From NCBI GenBank assembly GCA_000708835.1, contig DF237174.1, forward strand, positions 1 to 64,000: 64,000 nucleotides of DNA, written 5' to 3'. The position numbers and the translations under genes are program-made. The notes under the pieces are model-generated. The model did not search any database. It was given only the letters and a program-made list of their open reading frames with translations, and was not told the DNA's origin. Every line of letters starts with the position of its first letter. Within the stretch, counting starts at the first letter, position 1. Shown in pieces: positions 23,289-36,497 of the stretch. The DNA comes from Klebsormidium nitens. Lineage: Eukaryota; Plantae; Klebsormidiophyceae.

Positions 23289-26200
23289 CTACTCGGCTGT
23301 CAGAATCTCGGTGGGAACGCTAATGTCTCTGATCAGCTGGCTCGCCAAGCCGTCCAATGGGAAGGCCGACTCGCCCACCTTCGCCGCCACGTCAGCAGGT
23401 GACGTCACCCTCCGGAAGATGGGCAGCTTCGTGATGGGGGTGGGAATGTCCCGCAGCCACTGCCCCCCCTCGTACACCTCGTCCGGGTTCAATAAATCGC
23501 ACCAATGGCCTCTGCAAAAAAGAGGCACCGCTTCGTTTCGTTTCAACAATTTAAAATGAAAGTTTTTTTCGAGGGGTGTTACAGGTCTGCGTCATTTTTG
23601 GATCTCAGCTAGGATTGAGTCAAGGAATCAAGGCCAATTTCCTGAGTGCGAGTCAAACACACAAGACTATACTGCAACAAAGCGGCTTGCAACTGCCTAC
23701 ATGAACAGAAGGAATGCACCTGCAAACGGTGGGGCCAGCGGGCGCATTGCCCGAACAAACGGAAAAAGAAACGGCCAATACTTATTTTTTGCGGTCCTCT
23801 ACTGATTTCATGGGTTTACCAATGGTTAGGAAGCGCAACCCGGTCGGCCGGATAAACGGAGAGCTTCAGCTTTGCGAATCAAGATACCCTAGTCGATTTT
23901 GCGCATCAGGAAGCGTGGAGTCCACATCAGCCGAACATGAGATTGTGCAGGAAGAGTATGAGTGCACTCAAGCGGGTCTCACTTGGGCAGATATACGTCC
24001 CGACTCTGCTGCCCCTTGACTACCACCGGCGCTACAATGAGGTCATCGCCAATCGCGTACTGGTCATTGATGACGAACGTCTGCACGAAAGAAGACCGGG
24101 AAACGCTTAGCATAAGGCAAGAAACTGATCTGGACCTGACACTTGCTTTGTAGACGGTAAGGAAGCACGCTGCTTCCTTCGCATTTTGTCAACGCGTCTG
24201 CATAAAGGCAACAGGACGGAAAGCAGATCAACAGCTTCCTCTCTTTCGTCGTCTGGGCGACCTGTATCAATACATTGAATGCACGAACACCATACGCAAT
24301 GGATTCCTTCCAAAGGCGCACCACGAGGTGCCACGTGTCACGGCCGCTGACGGCCGATGTTGAACGTGACACGTGTCGCTCACCTGCTCGTCCTCCGGGT
24401 CCATCCACCACATGGGCCGGCAGATGGGCGCCAGGTTCTTGCAGGCATCCTCCGCTAGAGTAGAGATCTGCTGCTGCACGTTCTTGCGGATCTGCAAGTC
24501 GTGCGTCAAGATGATCAGGAATGAGCAGTCAAGCGCGTCTTCACTGAGACTTGACAAAGTCTTGCGTTTTCCGGAACCAAATGCTACTTGACTCAACCTT
24601 TGCACTGGAGTCTGGCTTCGAAACTTGGTCGCAAGGCCGGAATGAAGAAAAAGCTGCACTTCGCGATCAGGCAAAACCCGGACGTAGGAGGGACTGATGC
24701 AGCCCGGCAAAGTTTCAGTAGAGAAAGAGGAGCCTCTGTTCTCATTAAAAGAAGTCTACGGAAAGAGGTCAATCTCCTTGCGGTGGAAAAGGCTTACTGC
24801 CAGCGCCGCTTGGCATAGCTTATCCGCCTCCTTGCTCAGGTCCCAGGGCGGGATGGAGAACTGCATGGCCGGCATCAGCGCGTTCGCTTGCGCCCATCGC
24901 ACCAGCAGCTCCACATCTGCACATGGGGGGCGGTACTTAGCGGACGTGTGAAGTTTCGGCCGCGAATAGCACCCAGGACACTGATTACCTAGGTTGTTGC
25001 TAGCTTGCGGACGGAAGGCAACGAAGGTTTTGCCTCCGAGGACTAGAGTAAGAAGTGCGTCGACTGTGCTCTAAATGTACAATCGCCACCCATCGGGTAA
25101 CACGGGTGGCCCAACGCGTCTCGGACCCGGAGAACGCCTCCTGCAACGCGATGGATATGTACCGGGGCCGATTATAAATTCGAGATTTCTAGGCAAGCAG
25201 ACTTGTGTTTTGTTCTTCCGTATCTGCGTTCACGGCAGGGATCCCAGAGGCCTTTTCTTGTAATGCTTGTTAATTACATTTTACGCAACCCATTGCAAGT
25301 TCAATCGTTTTTAAAGCATATTCGGGGCTCTTTCTCGGAGACTCCATTTTGCTCGAAAATCAATCACTCTCCACTTTAGGGCGCATTGCAAAACGTGCCC
25401 TTTCTCACCTGGCTTCCGCCCGAAGTAGGCGTTCCCCCCGATCATATCCGGCAGGCAGAAGGGGTATCCCAGCAGGCCTGACGTCAGCAGCGTCGGGATG
25501 ACGCTCCGGAGGCCGTTCCCGGAGCTCCATGTGGAGAAGCGGTCGCCCATCCGCGTCAGCAGCGGCACGTTTGTGGTCTTATGGCCCGTGCGCACCTGTA
25601 GCACATAAAAGAGGGGCCTTTTATTGGCTATTCAACAGAGACAGATGATGGCCGCATTTTCAAGGACTTCCGGCTCATCTCGCCCTGCAGAGCAGATGGC
25701 GACAAACGGGAATCGTAAATGCCCAGGGTCCGTCCCCTGCTTTGGAAACAACATGCAAATGAAAAGGAACGCCAAAAGAATGCAGAAGACCCGCACCTTA
25801 TGCTTTGCATCCTGATGCTTCCCTTCTAAGAGTCTCTCGTTTGAGAATTTCGGCGCTGCTGCAATCAGCAAGTGTCAAGAGACTTCTTTATCCAGATACT
25901 GAGATTCCGACAAGCATGGCTCACATGAATCCAGACTGCAACGCTCACCTCAGCAAGCGGGAATGCTGACGCCACCTCCTGGACGTATAACCTCGTATAC
26001 TCGAGCGGGCTCATGATGGGCTTGAACGTCTTGAACATGGGCGGTAAGAAGCACGGCTCCCCCGCATCGAACTTGAACCCGTCAATCGAATAATCGGTCT
26101 GCAGTTTCTTGAGTCGCCGGACAAACCACCGGACCGCGTCGGGGTTTGTGACGTCTAGGGCGACCGCGGGTTTGGGTTGCCACCAGCGGAAGAAACCCGG

Positions 26201-29200
26201 TTTGAGGCCCTTGGTTACGGCGTCGGCGGAAATGAAGTAACCCCTGGAAAAGAAGGTTGTTGGGCGGGTCAGGTGATAACGAAGGGGACTAACTTGGTGC
26301 TTCACGAGGCTAAACAGTTAAATGGAGAGGTTTGCAGTAGTGGGTTCGCAGTTGGGTTTCGACTCCCCCAGCTGTTGCGGCCCGTCTTATGGCCGTTTTT
26401 ATTGGCGTCAACAAAGATAAGATTGCAATAGTTGTAGAGGAGAGTTGAAGTCGAGAAAAAGCAAGGCCCTTGATTCGGCTTAGGTGCAGAAGAAGCAATC
26501 CCTCGATCCGACGGGTCGTTAACCCGATCAGAGAGGAAACGTCGACGAGCCGAGAAAGCATTTCCAAGGTTCACCGGTAAGGATAAACCGAAGCTTCTCG
26601 TTCCAGATTCAGCTGACAAAATCTGTCCGCTTCTTCTCATAAGATATTACACAAACCATCCCTCACTCCTTTCTAGATTTGACGAGGCAAACGATTTGAC
26701 GTTTAATTCTAGAACCGGACTCCACAAAAAAGACGCGCCACGGAAAAACGAGCCACAGTGGTCAAGAGCACGCAAGAACGCCCGATAACTTCACAGAGCT
26801 ATTGGATGACATCAGCGGCGCACTTACAGCGGGCCCCCTTCTCGGTAGGCGTTGGAGTCCTCCTCGGCGAACGGCATGATCCAGAGCGTCACCTTGAAGC
26901 CCAGCGCGTGCAGATGATCCACCATCGCCTGCGGGGTTAAGGAAATTGTTCAAGGCTTGGTTGTCAAAACTCTCCTACTTTTAGCTTTGTTACAGTGCAA
27001 CTTTGCACATAGGCTCCGTTTCCCGGCTGATGACCTTGCTGCTTAAGATCTTACCTCGAGTAAAGCTTCTGGAACCTTGGTCACTTTGCTAATTGAAATG
27101 TAGTGATGACACTATTTAGGGACATATCCTCATGCGACTAAGGCGTTGCCTCAAAACGCTTACGGATCGTTTTTGCTAAAAATTCCTCAGACACTTTTTC
27201 CAACTGTGACAGCGTCAAGTGTCCAAAGTCAGCAGAGCCTCTCCTTCTCCATTCGCACTTAGGAAGAGACATTCAAACTGAGGTGGGATAGCGGTAAAGC
27301 TTACCTTTGGGTCTGGGAACTTGTCCGAGTCGAAGTCAAAGTCGCCGTATTTGCGCTGCCACCGGTCGTCGATCTCCATGATCGAACGGTCCATATCGCG
27401 CGCCACAATCTCGGTCGCGTACTTCTCCACCTTCTCCTGAGTGACCTGGCAACGGACACAGTGGTCGAATCAGACTCAGCTCAAAGTCGTCTCCAGGTTG
27501 AGGAAAGACGAGCTCCGTTTCAATGAGCTCTGGCAAGCTTCTCTTTGAGATGGTAGCGCTGAACGTGCAGTGTGAAAAGGTGCTCTCAACGTAGGGTCTA
27601 AAGACGTATGTACACACAGTCAAGGCAAGCACCCCACGGATTGTCTAGGACGTCAATTTCTGCGATGACAACCAAATTGATGCGCGCCTCTTCCAACGAT
27701 CAACAAACGAGCTGTGTTGACTATATGATCAATCTTCTCCTTCAGAAAATTGTCAGCACCAACCGTATAGTCCTGCGTGTCAGCATCGCGCACAGCCATT
27801 AGATCTTACAAACTACTACTGCCGACCTGTAGCCGTCAGCCCAACTCCTGTCAAATCGTCTGCTTGAACAGTACCTTGATCGGTGGTGCAGATAAAGTTT
27901 TCTGATCAAGTTTTTGCTTCTCCACCCCGCCTGTATCCATTTTCCGAAGCGTGAACCCAACTCCTGAGCATCTGTCCGTTTGAGATTGTCGCACATTTTC
28001 TAGCGCAGACAGATCTCCCTGATCTAACCTTCACTTCTCACCTTGGCATGATACCGCGCCCACGTCGTCCATATCGGCGCGCGCACCATCTCCTGGGGGG
28101 GCGGGTTCGGCGGCTTCTTCATCGTCTTCAGACTCGCGAGCGTCGCGTCCCGCACGTTCTTATGCGCGCACAGCGCAAACTTGACGCTCAACCTCCCCCC
28201 GCCGCTCCGCTCCTCGTCTCTCCACTGAGGCGGAATCCAATCTCTCAGCGGGTGCAGCATCTTGTGACACTTGTACGAGTTTCGCGCCTGGATTCGGAGG
28301 AGTCCGTCGCCATGGCCTTGGCAGGGGGACGGGAGGTACTCGCGCGAGAGGTTTTGGACTCCGACGCCCCATACGCGCTCGATCCAGTCGCCATGCTCGC
28401 CGGACAGTGGGGCGTTCATGCCCACGTGCAGGAAGGGGGTCTCGGAGTCTGCGAGGACGAGCAGGCCCTTGCTGCAGACAAGGGGGCAGTGGGGACTTAG
28501 CTTGGGTGGAGGTTATCGGATGTTGTAGTTGAGTACAGTCGAACGAAGCCTTCAGTTGGGAAAAGAGAGAAATTTACAGATACTGGGAATCCAGAATTTG
28601 TACCTAAGAAAACTGAGTAGATCCTGTAGGAAGTTAGCCTGTAACCTTTCGTTTTCCGCTCCTGAACATGGTTTTGGGGGCCCGTTTTGAGGTGCTCAAA
28701 TCGTGGCCACATCCAACCTCGGGCAGATGAACATTGGTGGAAACTCTCGAGGAACTCACAATTTCATCTGCTTCTTATTGATCCTACAATTACCCAAGCC
28801 ACGATAGTTCTACGCCGGGTTTAGACGCAAGCCTCCATCCTCTTACCTGGTGACCCAATGAGGTGACGTCAGCGTGTTGAGCCCGTTCGGCCCGTTGTCG
28901 AACGGAAAGAACGGCCCGACTTCGAAGGCGCCCAGGTTCAGGGGCCAGTGCTGCCGCATGAAATGCCCCCCCCCAAACCAGTGGCCCGCCGTGTGCATAT
29001 CTAGTGTCACTTCCGCCATGTGGTCGGTGCTGGGCTCGTTCTTGACACTCCATTCCAGGACAAAGCCCTCTTCTAAGTCCTGGGGGGGGAAAAAGGGGCA
29101 GATAAGCGAGGGGTAAACCTGCGTGAATGGAACGGACACTTGCGATTCAATCTGACAGTCTGATGAAGGGCACGTTGGCTTGGCCCTCAGATTTGGCGTT

Positions 29201-30626
29201 GCGCTCGCAGGTGCTGGAAAACAAGCAGGAGTTTCCACTTTCTCTCACAGGAAGAGAAAAATCTTCCACCATCTTTGCACAGGTTTATCTGGCAGACTGG
29301 CGGCGATAGATGCTGAGAACAGTACACAGAATAAGCGCCGGCACTTTGAGGATTACTTCTATGAAATGGTGTTTTAAAAAGGCATTTTTCTCTGCAATGC
29401 AGAGCTCTCTGGCAGCCTTGCTTGGACACAGACTTGGAGAACGGATGCAATATGCAAGCGCAACAAAACAACTCTTCACATTGACCACTCTGCTCAGTCG
29501 CTAATGTGCCGAAAAGCGCAGAGTAAGGAGGTGCCAAAAACGGCGCCTCTGTGATTCGCTGCATTAAAGAGCGAGGCTACGAAATCAAAACAGAAGACTG
29601 GAGATGCCCACCCCTGCGATTGACCTTGTGCATTTCTTCGATGCGATCCAAAATCATCAAGCCCAATCTGAATGCTGACAACGAAGACACAAACTCCAAG
29701 TGACATAATCCCCGGAGACCAGCCAGCAACTCTCAATCAAGTAACCAAAGCGCCATAATGCAGCCCTGTAAAGTGCCCGACGAACAACGAACCACAACTA
29801 CTCTAGAGAAAACATGAATTCTAGCACTATAAAAAGCGCCCGTTGACCAGAACATCAAGAGCAGTCACTTTCGAGCATGACAAGCTACGGCAGATAAGAA
29901 ACTAGAGCGGGCTTAATTAGGACGCTAGCTCACCGCCGCCCAGCCCGCTTCTTGATTGGCCGCGCCCGCCACCTCAGCGCCGACGGGGACCACTCTCAGA
30001 GTGCCAATCTCTCCCCACCGAACGTCCATTGCGCCGTCCGAAAGCACCTCGGCTGTCCAAACGGCGGCCGCACTTTTTGGCAGCTGTACCCGCCCCGAGG
30101 CGACAAAGAGCTCCTGTCCTTCCTTGCTTCGGTACAGCTCGAGAGAGCCGTCGCTGTTGACGCGCAGCTTCGTCGCACCGTGAAAAACGTCTGCATAATG
30201 GTGCGTTATTAGGGGAGCGGTTCTAGCGGTACTTTGGGGAAGAGGGTCGGGCAGTTGGAGGACTTGCTCTAGTGCAGCTGTGGCTTCGTGTTTGTTCAGA
30301 ATGAGGTCCACCGAGGTAAGCGCTGCGGGGGTCTTTTGGGCTGGTTCTAAAGCAGGACGTTCTGCTTCTTGGAAGGGGCTGTCTGACCAGAAGAGAGGGT
30401 TCGACTGCAACTCCCCCTGCCTTGATTGAGACGCAGGTTCACGGGCTAAAACGGAAGTGATGCACATCGGCTTCCGAAGGGGATGGGCCGGACGACTGCT
30501 TCTGAGATGGTAAGGAATTGTAGGCAGAAAGGCGCTGTAGTTTAGGTGGGACAAGCCGCTGCTAACCCTCCTGGTTAACGTGCCCAAGTGGCCTGGGGAG
30601 ACGAGCCGCTGAGTGCAGGCCTCCAT
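23289..30626 (-). CDS. Glycoside hydrolase family 31, MYORG/KIAA1161-like, multi-exon, with a putative plastid transit peptide
   Basis: Motifs include IWTTWARY, MEIDDRWQRKYGDFDFDSDKFPDP, GFKVTLWIMPF, DGFKFDAGEP (nucleophile), RMGDRFSTW..GLRSVIPTLLT..LLGYPFCLPDMIGGNAY, ELLVRWAQANALMPAMQFSIPPW, PICRPMWW and DQYAIGDDLIVAPV. Confidence 0.93.
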
Positions 30627-31669
30627 GACACACCGCCCTTAGTTCACCTCAGAGCTCGCTTCGTGCTCAGCAGATGGACTCTTTGACAAGACCTTCCTGA
30701 AAGGACCTTTACAACAAACGTAATAGTTGCTGGGGTTCAGAGAAACAGGTTCCGCCCAAATTCTATGCTGCAAGTAATGCACATGAGGATCGCGGCAACA
30801 AAGTCCTTCTGGTAAGGTAAAGACCTCCCCACCGATTCTCAGTGTCTGGACGGCGCATCAAAGGTTGTGCACATATTTCTGCTGACGGCAAAATGCTTCA
30901 GAAGAACATTGGACGCGGAAGGAAGCGAAATGAATCCCTCCTGCAAGCACCTTGAGGTAGGACCTATGTGATGAATGCTTGCCAGGAGGAGCCGCACCAA
31001 CGACCAAACGGATCAAGCAAAGCAGACTTGACCAGATGAAAGATCACATTTCGTGCATTGTCTGCGAACAGCGGGCCAGTGCCACAAACAAGCCGGCCAC
31101 GAATCAAACAACCCTTGCCACGTCGATTTCAAAATCTTCAGCGGCGCGTCTTGTTGCCCAGCTGCTGCATCTGTAAGGGAAGTGTCAAAAACCTTAGGGT
31201 AAAAACAACCAGCAGCTCTTGACACACAGCCAGGGTACATGATCAGTGACCAGCACGAATTGAGCGCTGCTGAATGCACTTTCCACCTCAGCATGGGCCT
31301 TTCCAGCATCGGCCGTTCGTCCCCCGTGCCTGTTCAAACTTGACCGTCGATCGAATATCCAGCTTGATATTGTCCGACTTTTCGTGGCTTGCAATGATTT
31401 GTAGTCACGAACCTCCCCCGTGCTGTGCTATAGACTAGGTACATGCTACATGGGTAGTGGGGAAGAATCAGGATTCAGGATGCTCAAGATTGTGTCTGCC
31501 TTAGAAGTTGGAAGTTCAGTGGTGGTTGTGCGCGTTGTGGGCCGCCATTGACTTGTGCTCTGCGGTCTGATTCAATCCCTGGCTGCACACGTTGCTGGTA
31601 AGGTGGAGCTTTAAAGGCATCTACTATTACCATACGGACAAGCTGCCCCGTTCGAGAAGAAGCAAAGGA

Positions 31670-34600
31670 ATGGACGTTTCATCCAGTGACGATGAACCCG
31701 AAACGCGAACAACGAAGTTCGTGGGGGCTCGGAAGCATAGGGAGGCAGCGGATGATGACGATTTGGATGGTTCAACGAGCGATAGCAGCGACTCTGACCA
31801 GTCGGAAGAGGTGAGCGCCTGAGAAGCCAAATTAGGGTTACGCATTTTGGTGTGCTTTTTGGACAGCCCATACCTGCGTGATTTTGCTTGGACAGAGAAA
31901 TAGTTGTAACTCTTGTAACTTGTGCTAGTAGCACCTGAGGGGGTGTTTACCTGTTGGTATTGGATTACCCATTGGTTTTTCAACAAGTTTCTTTTTACCA
32001 CTTTCATCATCAACCTGGCGCTGATGCAATGAGGACACATGCAGGAAATGCTCGCTGCCCAAGTGGCAGATGTTCCTTTTGAGGAGCTGACGGCGATGAA
32101 GGGCGATGGGCGAGGCACGGTGAAACTGCCCGGTAGATCAAAACAAGCGGAGCGCTTGAAACGGGCTAATAAGAATAGGTGAGCGGTGCGGTGCTTTGAT
32201 GAGGGGTGGTGAATAGGCATTGCCGACGGTGGTGTGGGGGCATTGGAAGGTGCTATTATTAGAATCCGGTTCGTTGCCGAAGGAAAATGTGTGCTCTGCT
32301 TGACATTCATTACTTTTGAAAGTCCAATGGTGGTGGCATCGCAGAATATAGTTCCAAAAGAATGGTCCAGACCTTCAGATCTACTGACCTCTGCAAAGGT
32401 TTGATCCGATTGATGAAAGGGTGCGGACTATCAACGTTTGGCCTTTTTTCCTCGAGGGTAATTTGTGGGACTACTGCATCCTGTACGGTACAATAATTAT
32501 GCATATCTGTTTCGTGAACATGGACTTTCACACCAGGCCAGATTCCAAAGCTTATTGTGGTCTCCGTGAAGGCACGTTGCCAGCTGGATTTTTCAGAAGT
32601 TGAAGTGAAAGTGATGGGCCTCTGCATGCCGCACAAATATCTTTTGGCATTGCACCACCACTCTGTTGGACCTGCGTCCCTCTTGGACTTTAGAAGGGCA
32701 ACGGTTGAGTTTTCCAGAGGACTGTCCGTCTGTCTTACATCATCGCCAGCTCCAGCGAACTGCCCTTGGCCCAAGCTGCCCCTTCCCAGACCTCTCTCCT
32801 CTCAGTCTTGGCTCCCGTTGCTCCCTTCAACTCATGCACTCTGCTCTTTCCAAGCGGAAGCTGGTCAGCCACTAAATCGTTCAGGCTCTCTTGGCTGGCC
32901 GCATCCTTTGTAGCCACTCTGAATCATCTGCTCTTCCTTGGCCTGCTTTCTTTAGTTTCCCCCTTTGAGAGCGGTTCCAAAAGTCCCAATGGACTTCGCA
33001 TCACTGGCCTCTTTATCTGAGTTTGTACTTTTGTTCCTGGATCTCATAGCTCTCCGACGGCTCCAATGCAGGCCGCGGGAACTGCCCGCCAAGCGTCAAG
33101 TGCCGCGGTTTAGGGAGGTCGTTAGCACTGCCAAAAAGGTCAGCGCTCTTTCTTATCATCAGATTCCCCTCATAATCTGCAGGGTTGACTATTTTTCGCG
33201 GATGAAGGCTACGATTTTTGGTCCGGTGCATCATTCTCATGAAGCAGGATACTGGTTGTGCATTGTCAGCGCAGCACTACTCGTCTGCACAAGTCCAATT
33301 CTCGCTCGGAGAAAAGCGAGATTTGGCAGCTAAACTGTCAGCAAAACGTTGCTATGTTGCTTTTCAGTATAGTCCTGATTGTGAAAGATCGCGACTCATA
33401 TGGGTTCACATGATTCGGGATTGGAGTCCCGTCCTTTATCGTCTGTTGTTGGAAAGACTCACGTGGTTTCGGAGGTCTGCAGGTTATCAGGGACCCCCGA
33501 TTTGAGTCGCTTACAGGGAAGTTCGATGAGAAGGCCTTCAAGGAGAGTTACCGGTTTATCTACGATGAGCAGCTGCCGGTGGAGCGGCAGGTGAGTGAAC
33601 GTGCAGACATTTGGAGCTAAAGAGGTACAGATTGGGCGATGGATAAGCGGAGAAAGGGAAGGGGAGAAGAGGGGCGAAGCGAGTGGTTTTGTAGGAAGGG
33701 GAGAGAATAGGGGAAGGGAGTGGGGAGGTGTTGAAAGGTTGAAAGAAATCATTGTGTTCTGTGCTGAAATATGACAGTTGCGATTGGAAGAACTGAACGG
33801 CTCCATCTCATCTCGAACACTGCGACGCCATCATGTTTTGCCACCACATTGTCTGCCAGACTCTTGTAGGAATGGGCCTCTGATCAGTCCGTTAAATGGA
33901 CCTCATGAGGACTGGTGAAAGTTCTACCCTTTCGGAGGCATAAGGATTGCTGGTTTCGCCAGCGGTCCCGAGAAGCTTCCGGTGCAAACTGGAGGCCGTT
34001 GCCAAACGGAAGGACTCACGGGAATTGCATTGCGCTGCCGATTCGAAGAGGTCGCGACGAGTATCCCAGCTATACTTCGGGAGTGTTTCCAACCAACGAG
34101 AAATAAATGAAAAAGGAAGTCATAGCGGTCAAGTGTGGGCAGCCTGCCATTCCGTACAGCGGTGTCAAGAAATATGTGAGGATAAATTCCCATCCAAATT
34201 ACAACAATTAAAAAAGGTAAGAACATAAAAAATTCTCTTCGGTTACAATTATGGACTGTCCAAACTGTTTGCCCTCACGGCCGTCCTTGCCATAATTACC
34301 GAACAACAAGAATCAACATGCAACATGCAAAACATTCTGCTCGGCATCGACTCGGTGGGTTGTTTTGCAGAGGCTCAAGAAGCTGGTCAAGAAGGAGCGG
34401 AACCCCGACCGGAAACACGAGCTGCAGCAACAGCTCGCCAAGATTGTAAGCGACCTCCTCGAGAAGCTTTGCATCACTTCCTTTCTTGTCCATTTTCGTG
34501 ATCGGAGGCTTGCAGTTGTATGCTTCTCGCATCATGTCTTTGGTCAAGGGCTGCCCTGTGTGCCGGTGTGTCCCAAGGCATTCTATTCTGTGGGCCGCTC

Positions 34601-35815
34601 CTTTGTCGAACTCGTTTCTGAGGAGAGTTTCCGACTCGACTTTTTTCGGTTCGAAACGAGCAACTTGTTCGAGGGAGCCTGTATTTCCTCAACCTTCTTC
34701 GCACAACTTGCAGTGGTATCCACATGATGTCCTTGCCTTTGCTGAGTTCCGACATCAACGGTTGCTCCGATTCTGGAGACAACTAACACTTTGGGGCACT
34801 TTCGCCTTTCAGGAGGCGCAAATAAAGGACGAGGCGCGACGGCGGCAGCAGGCAGAGCGGGAGACGGAGCGAAAACGGAAGGCGAAGGACGCCATCAAAC
34901 AGGGCAAAAAGCCGTTCTTCCTGAAAGCAGGTGAGTTCCGCAGTTGCCGCTTCTGCACTTGCTCTAATCCAGGATCACCTTCTGTGATCATTTTATTTGT
35001 CCTGCGTTTGGGCTTGTTTTGAGTGCTCAAGACTTGACCAGAGTTAAGATGGAAAGGCGGGGGAACAGGAAAGACTTCATTGAAGGCGTCTGACTCCTCT
35101 TGGTGGGGTGAAACTTCGCGGATTGAAGGGTCAAGTTGTCATCCTGAAGAAGATTCTGGCTCTAAGAGCAAGGGCGCCATACCCTCTGAACTCAGCTAGT
35201 GTGCTTTCGAGGAGCGTGGGGACACCCGGCCGTTGAAAATAACACGTAATCTTGGATGTCGCGCCTATCTTTACTTTTTCTGTCTCGATAGAGATGGTTC
35301 AGGTTCGTTTTGGGGCTTTCTTGCCTTTGACAAAACTCAGCGATCGAGGCTTTCTAGTCACTAGCGCCCTACACTTCGCAGATATATCAATACCATTGGT
35401 TTGCCGAAAGCAGATGCGCTTCATAGCTCTTGGGGTGTCAGGAATACCGATCTGCATAATGGTGGTCGGATTCAGATCAAGCTTTCCCAATACAAAGACA
35501 TCGGGGCAAGGCCGGTGAATCGAATGGGGTGTGACGCCCAAAGCCGGCTTTGTCATGAGCATAAGGGGTCTGGGATTGATGTCGGGTCCGCGTCTCGGCA
35601 TTGAGGTGGCTGATTGCTGGTGTCAGGCAGCTCACTCTGTTCCTTCCGTTGCACGTGCAGCGGACAAGCGGAAGGAGGAGCTGGTGGAGAAGTACAAGGA
35701 GCTCAAGGCCGCCGGCAAGTTGGATGCGTTCCTTGCGAAGCGGCGCAAGAAGAATGCGGCAAAGGACCACAGATTCATTCCCTACAGGCGGCAAGAGGCT
35801 GGAGGAGACAGCTAG
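31670..35815 (+). CDS. RRP36: rRNA biogenesis protein RRP36 (DUF947), 7 exons
   Basis: Acidic N-terminus, then VPFEEL, KRANKNRPRELPAKRQVPRFREVV, RDPRFESLTGKFDEKAFKESYRFI, GKKPFFLK and KYKELKAAGKLDAFLAKRRKKNAAKDHR. Confidence 0.95.
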
Positions 35816-36497
35816 CGGGTGCTGCCTTGCAGTTATTGGTTTGGATATGCCACTTCGCGAAACCCCTCCAAAGAACGGCAGACGCTAGCCGTGTTTTCTG
35901 TCCAGAACAGTTTCTTTGTCCTGCTCGCAGTCGAAATTGCCTTTGAAAATTTGAATGGATGATTTGCGTCGATTCGGCCAATCTTACCGTAAGCTCACAA
36001 GTGGTTGTCTACTTTTTTGTGAGTTGAGCGCAGTCTATTCGATGAACAGTACTCCATTATTGCACTGCAATCAGTCCCGGATCGATTGTGTTTACACAGG
36101 CCGCGTGACTTGCAGTGCATCATGGAATAAAGAGTTTTGCATGGGTACTAACACAATGACTATAGAGCTGGAGCTGATACTCTGTTTAAGTCGGGTTAAC
36201 TGCACTTGGGCCATCAATGTACGTGTATGATATACACATGCTACAACTTATATAGGTATTAATTGAACATGGCATGATCGATATATGCGGACCGGGTCGA
36301 TCCGATCGCCGCGTGCACGCCGGCTATATAAGCGCCTGCCAACCGGGCCTGCCGCTGACTGACAAAATATGCATGCTCAGATCGAGATTGGAGTATGTTG
36401 AAGCTAGCGCCAAACTGCGATGACTTTGCGTAGGAGTCAGCATTTCGATTTGTACATGTTGCGGCACTGATTTTACTCTGGACGAAACCTTAAGCTG

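Noticed and set aside
33600-33740. G/A-rich intron segment in RRP36 (possible G-quadruplex)
   Set aside because: The G-runs are irregular and low-complexity, with no repeat structure or other support.
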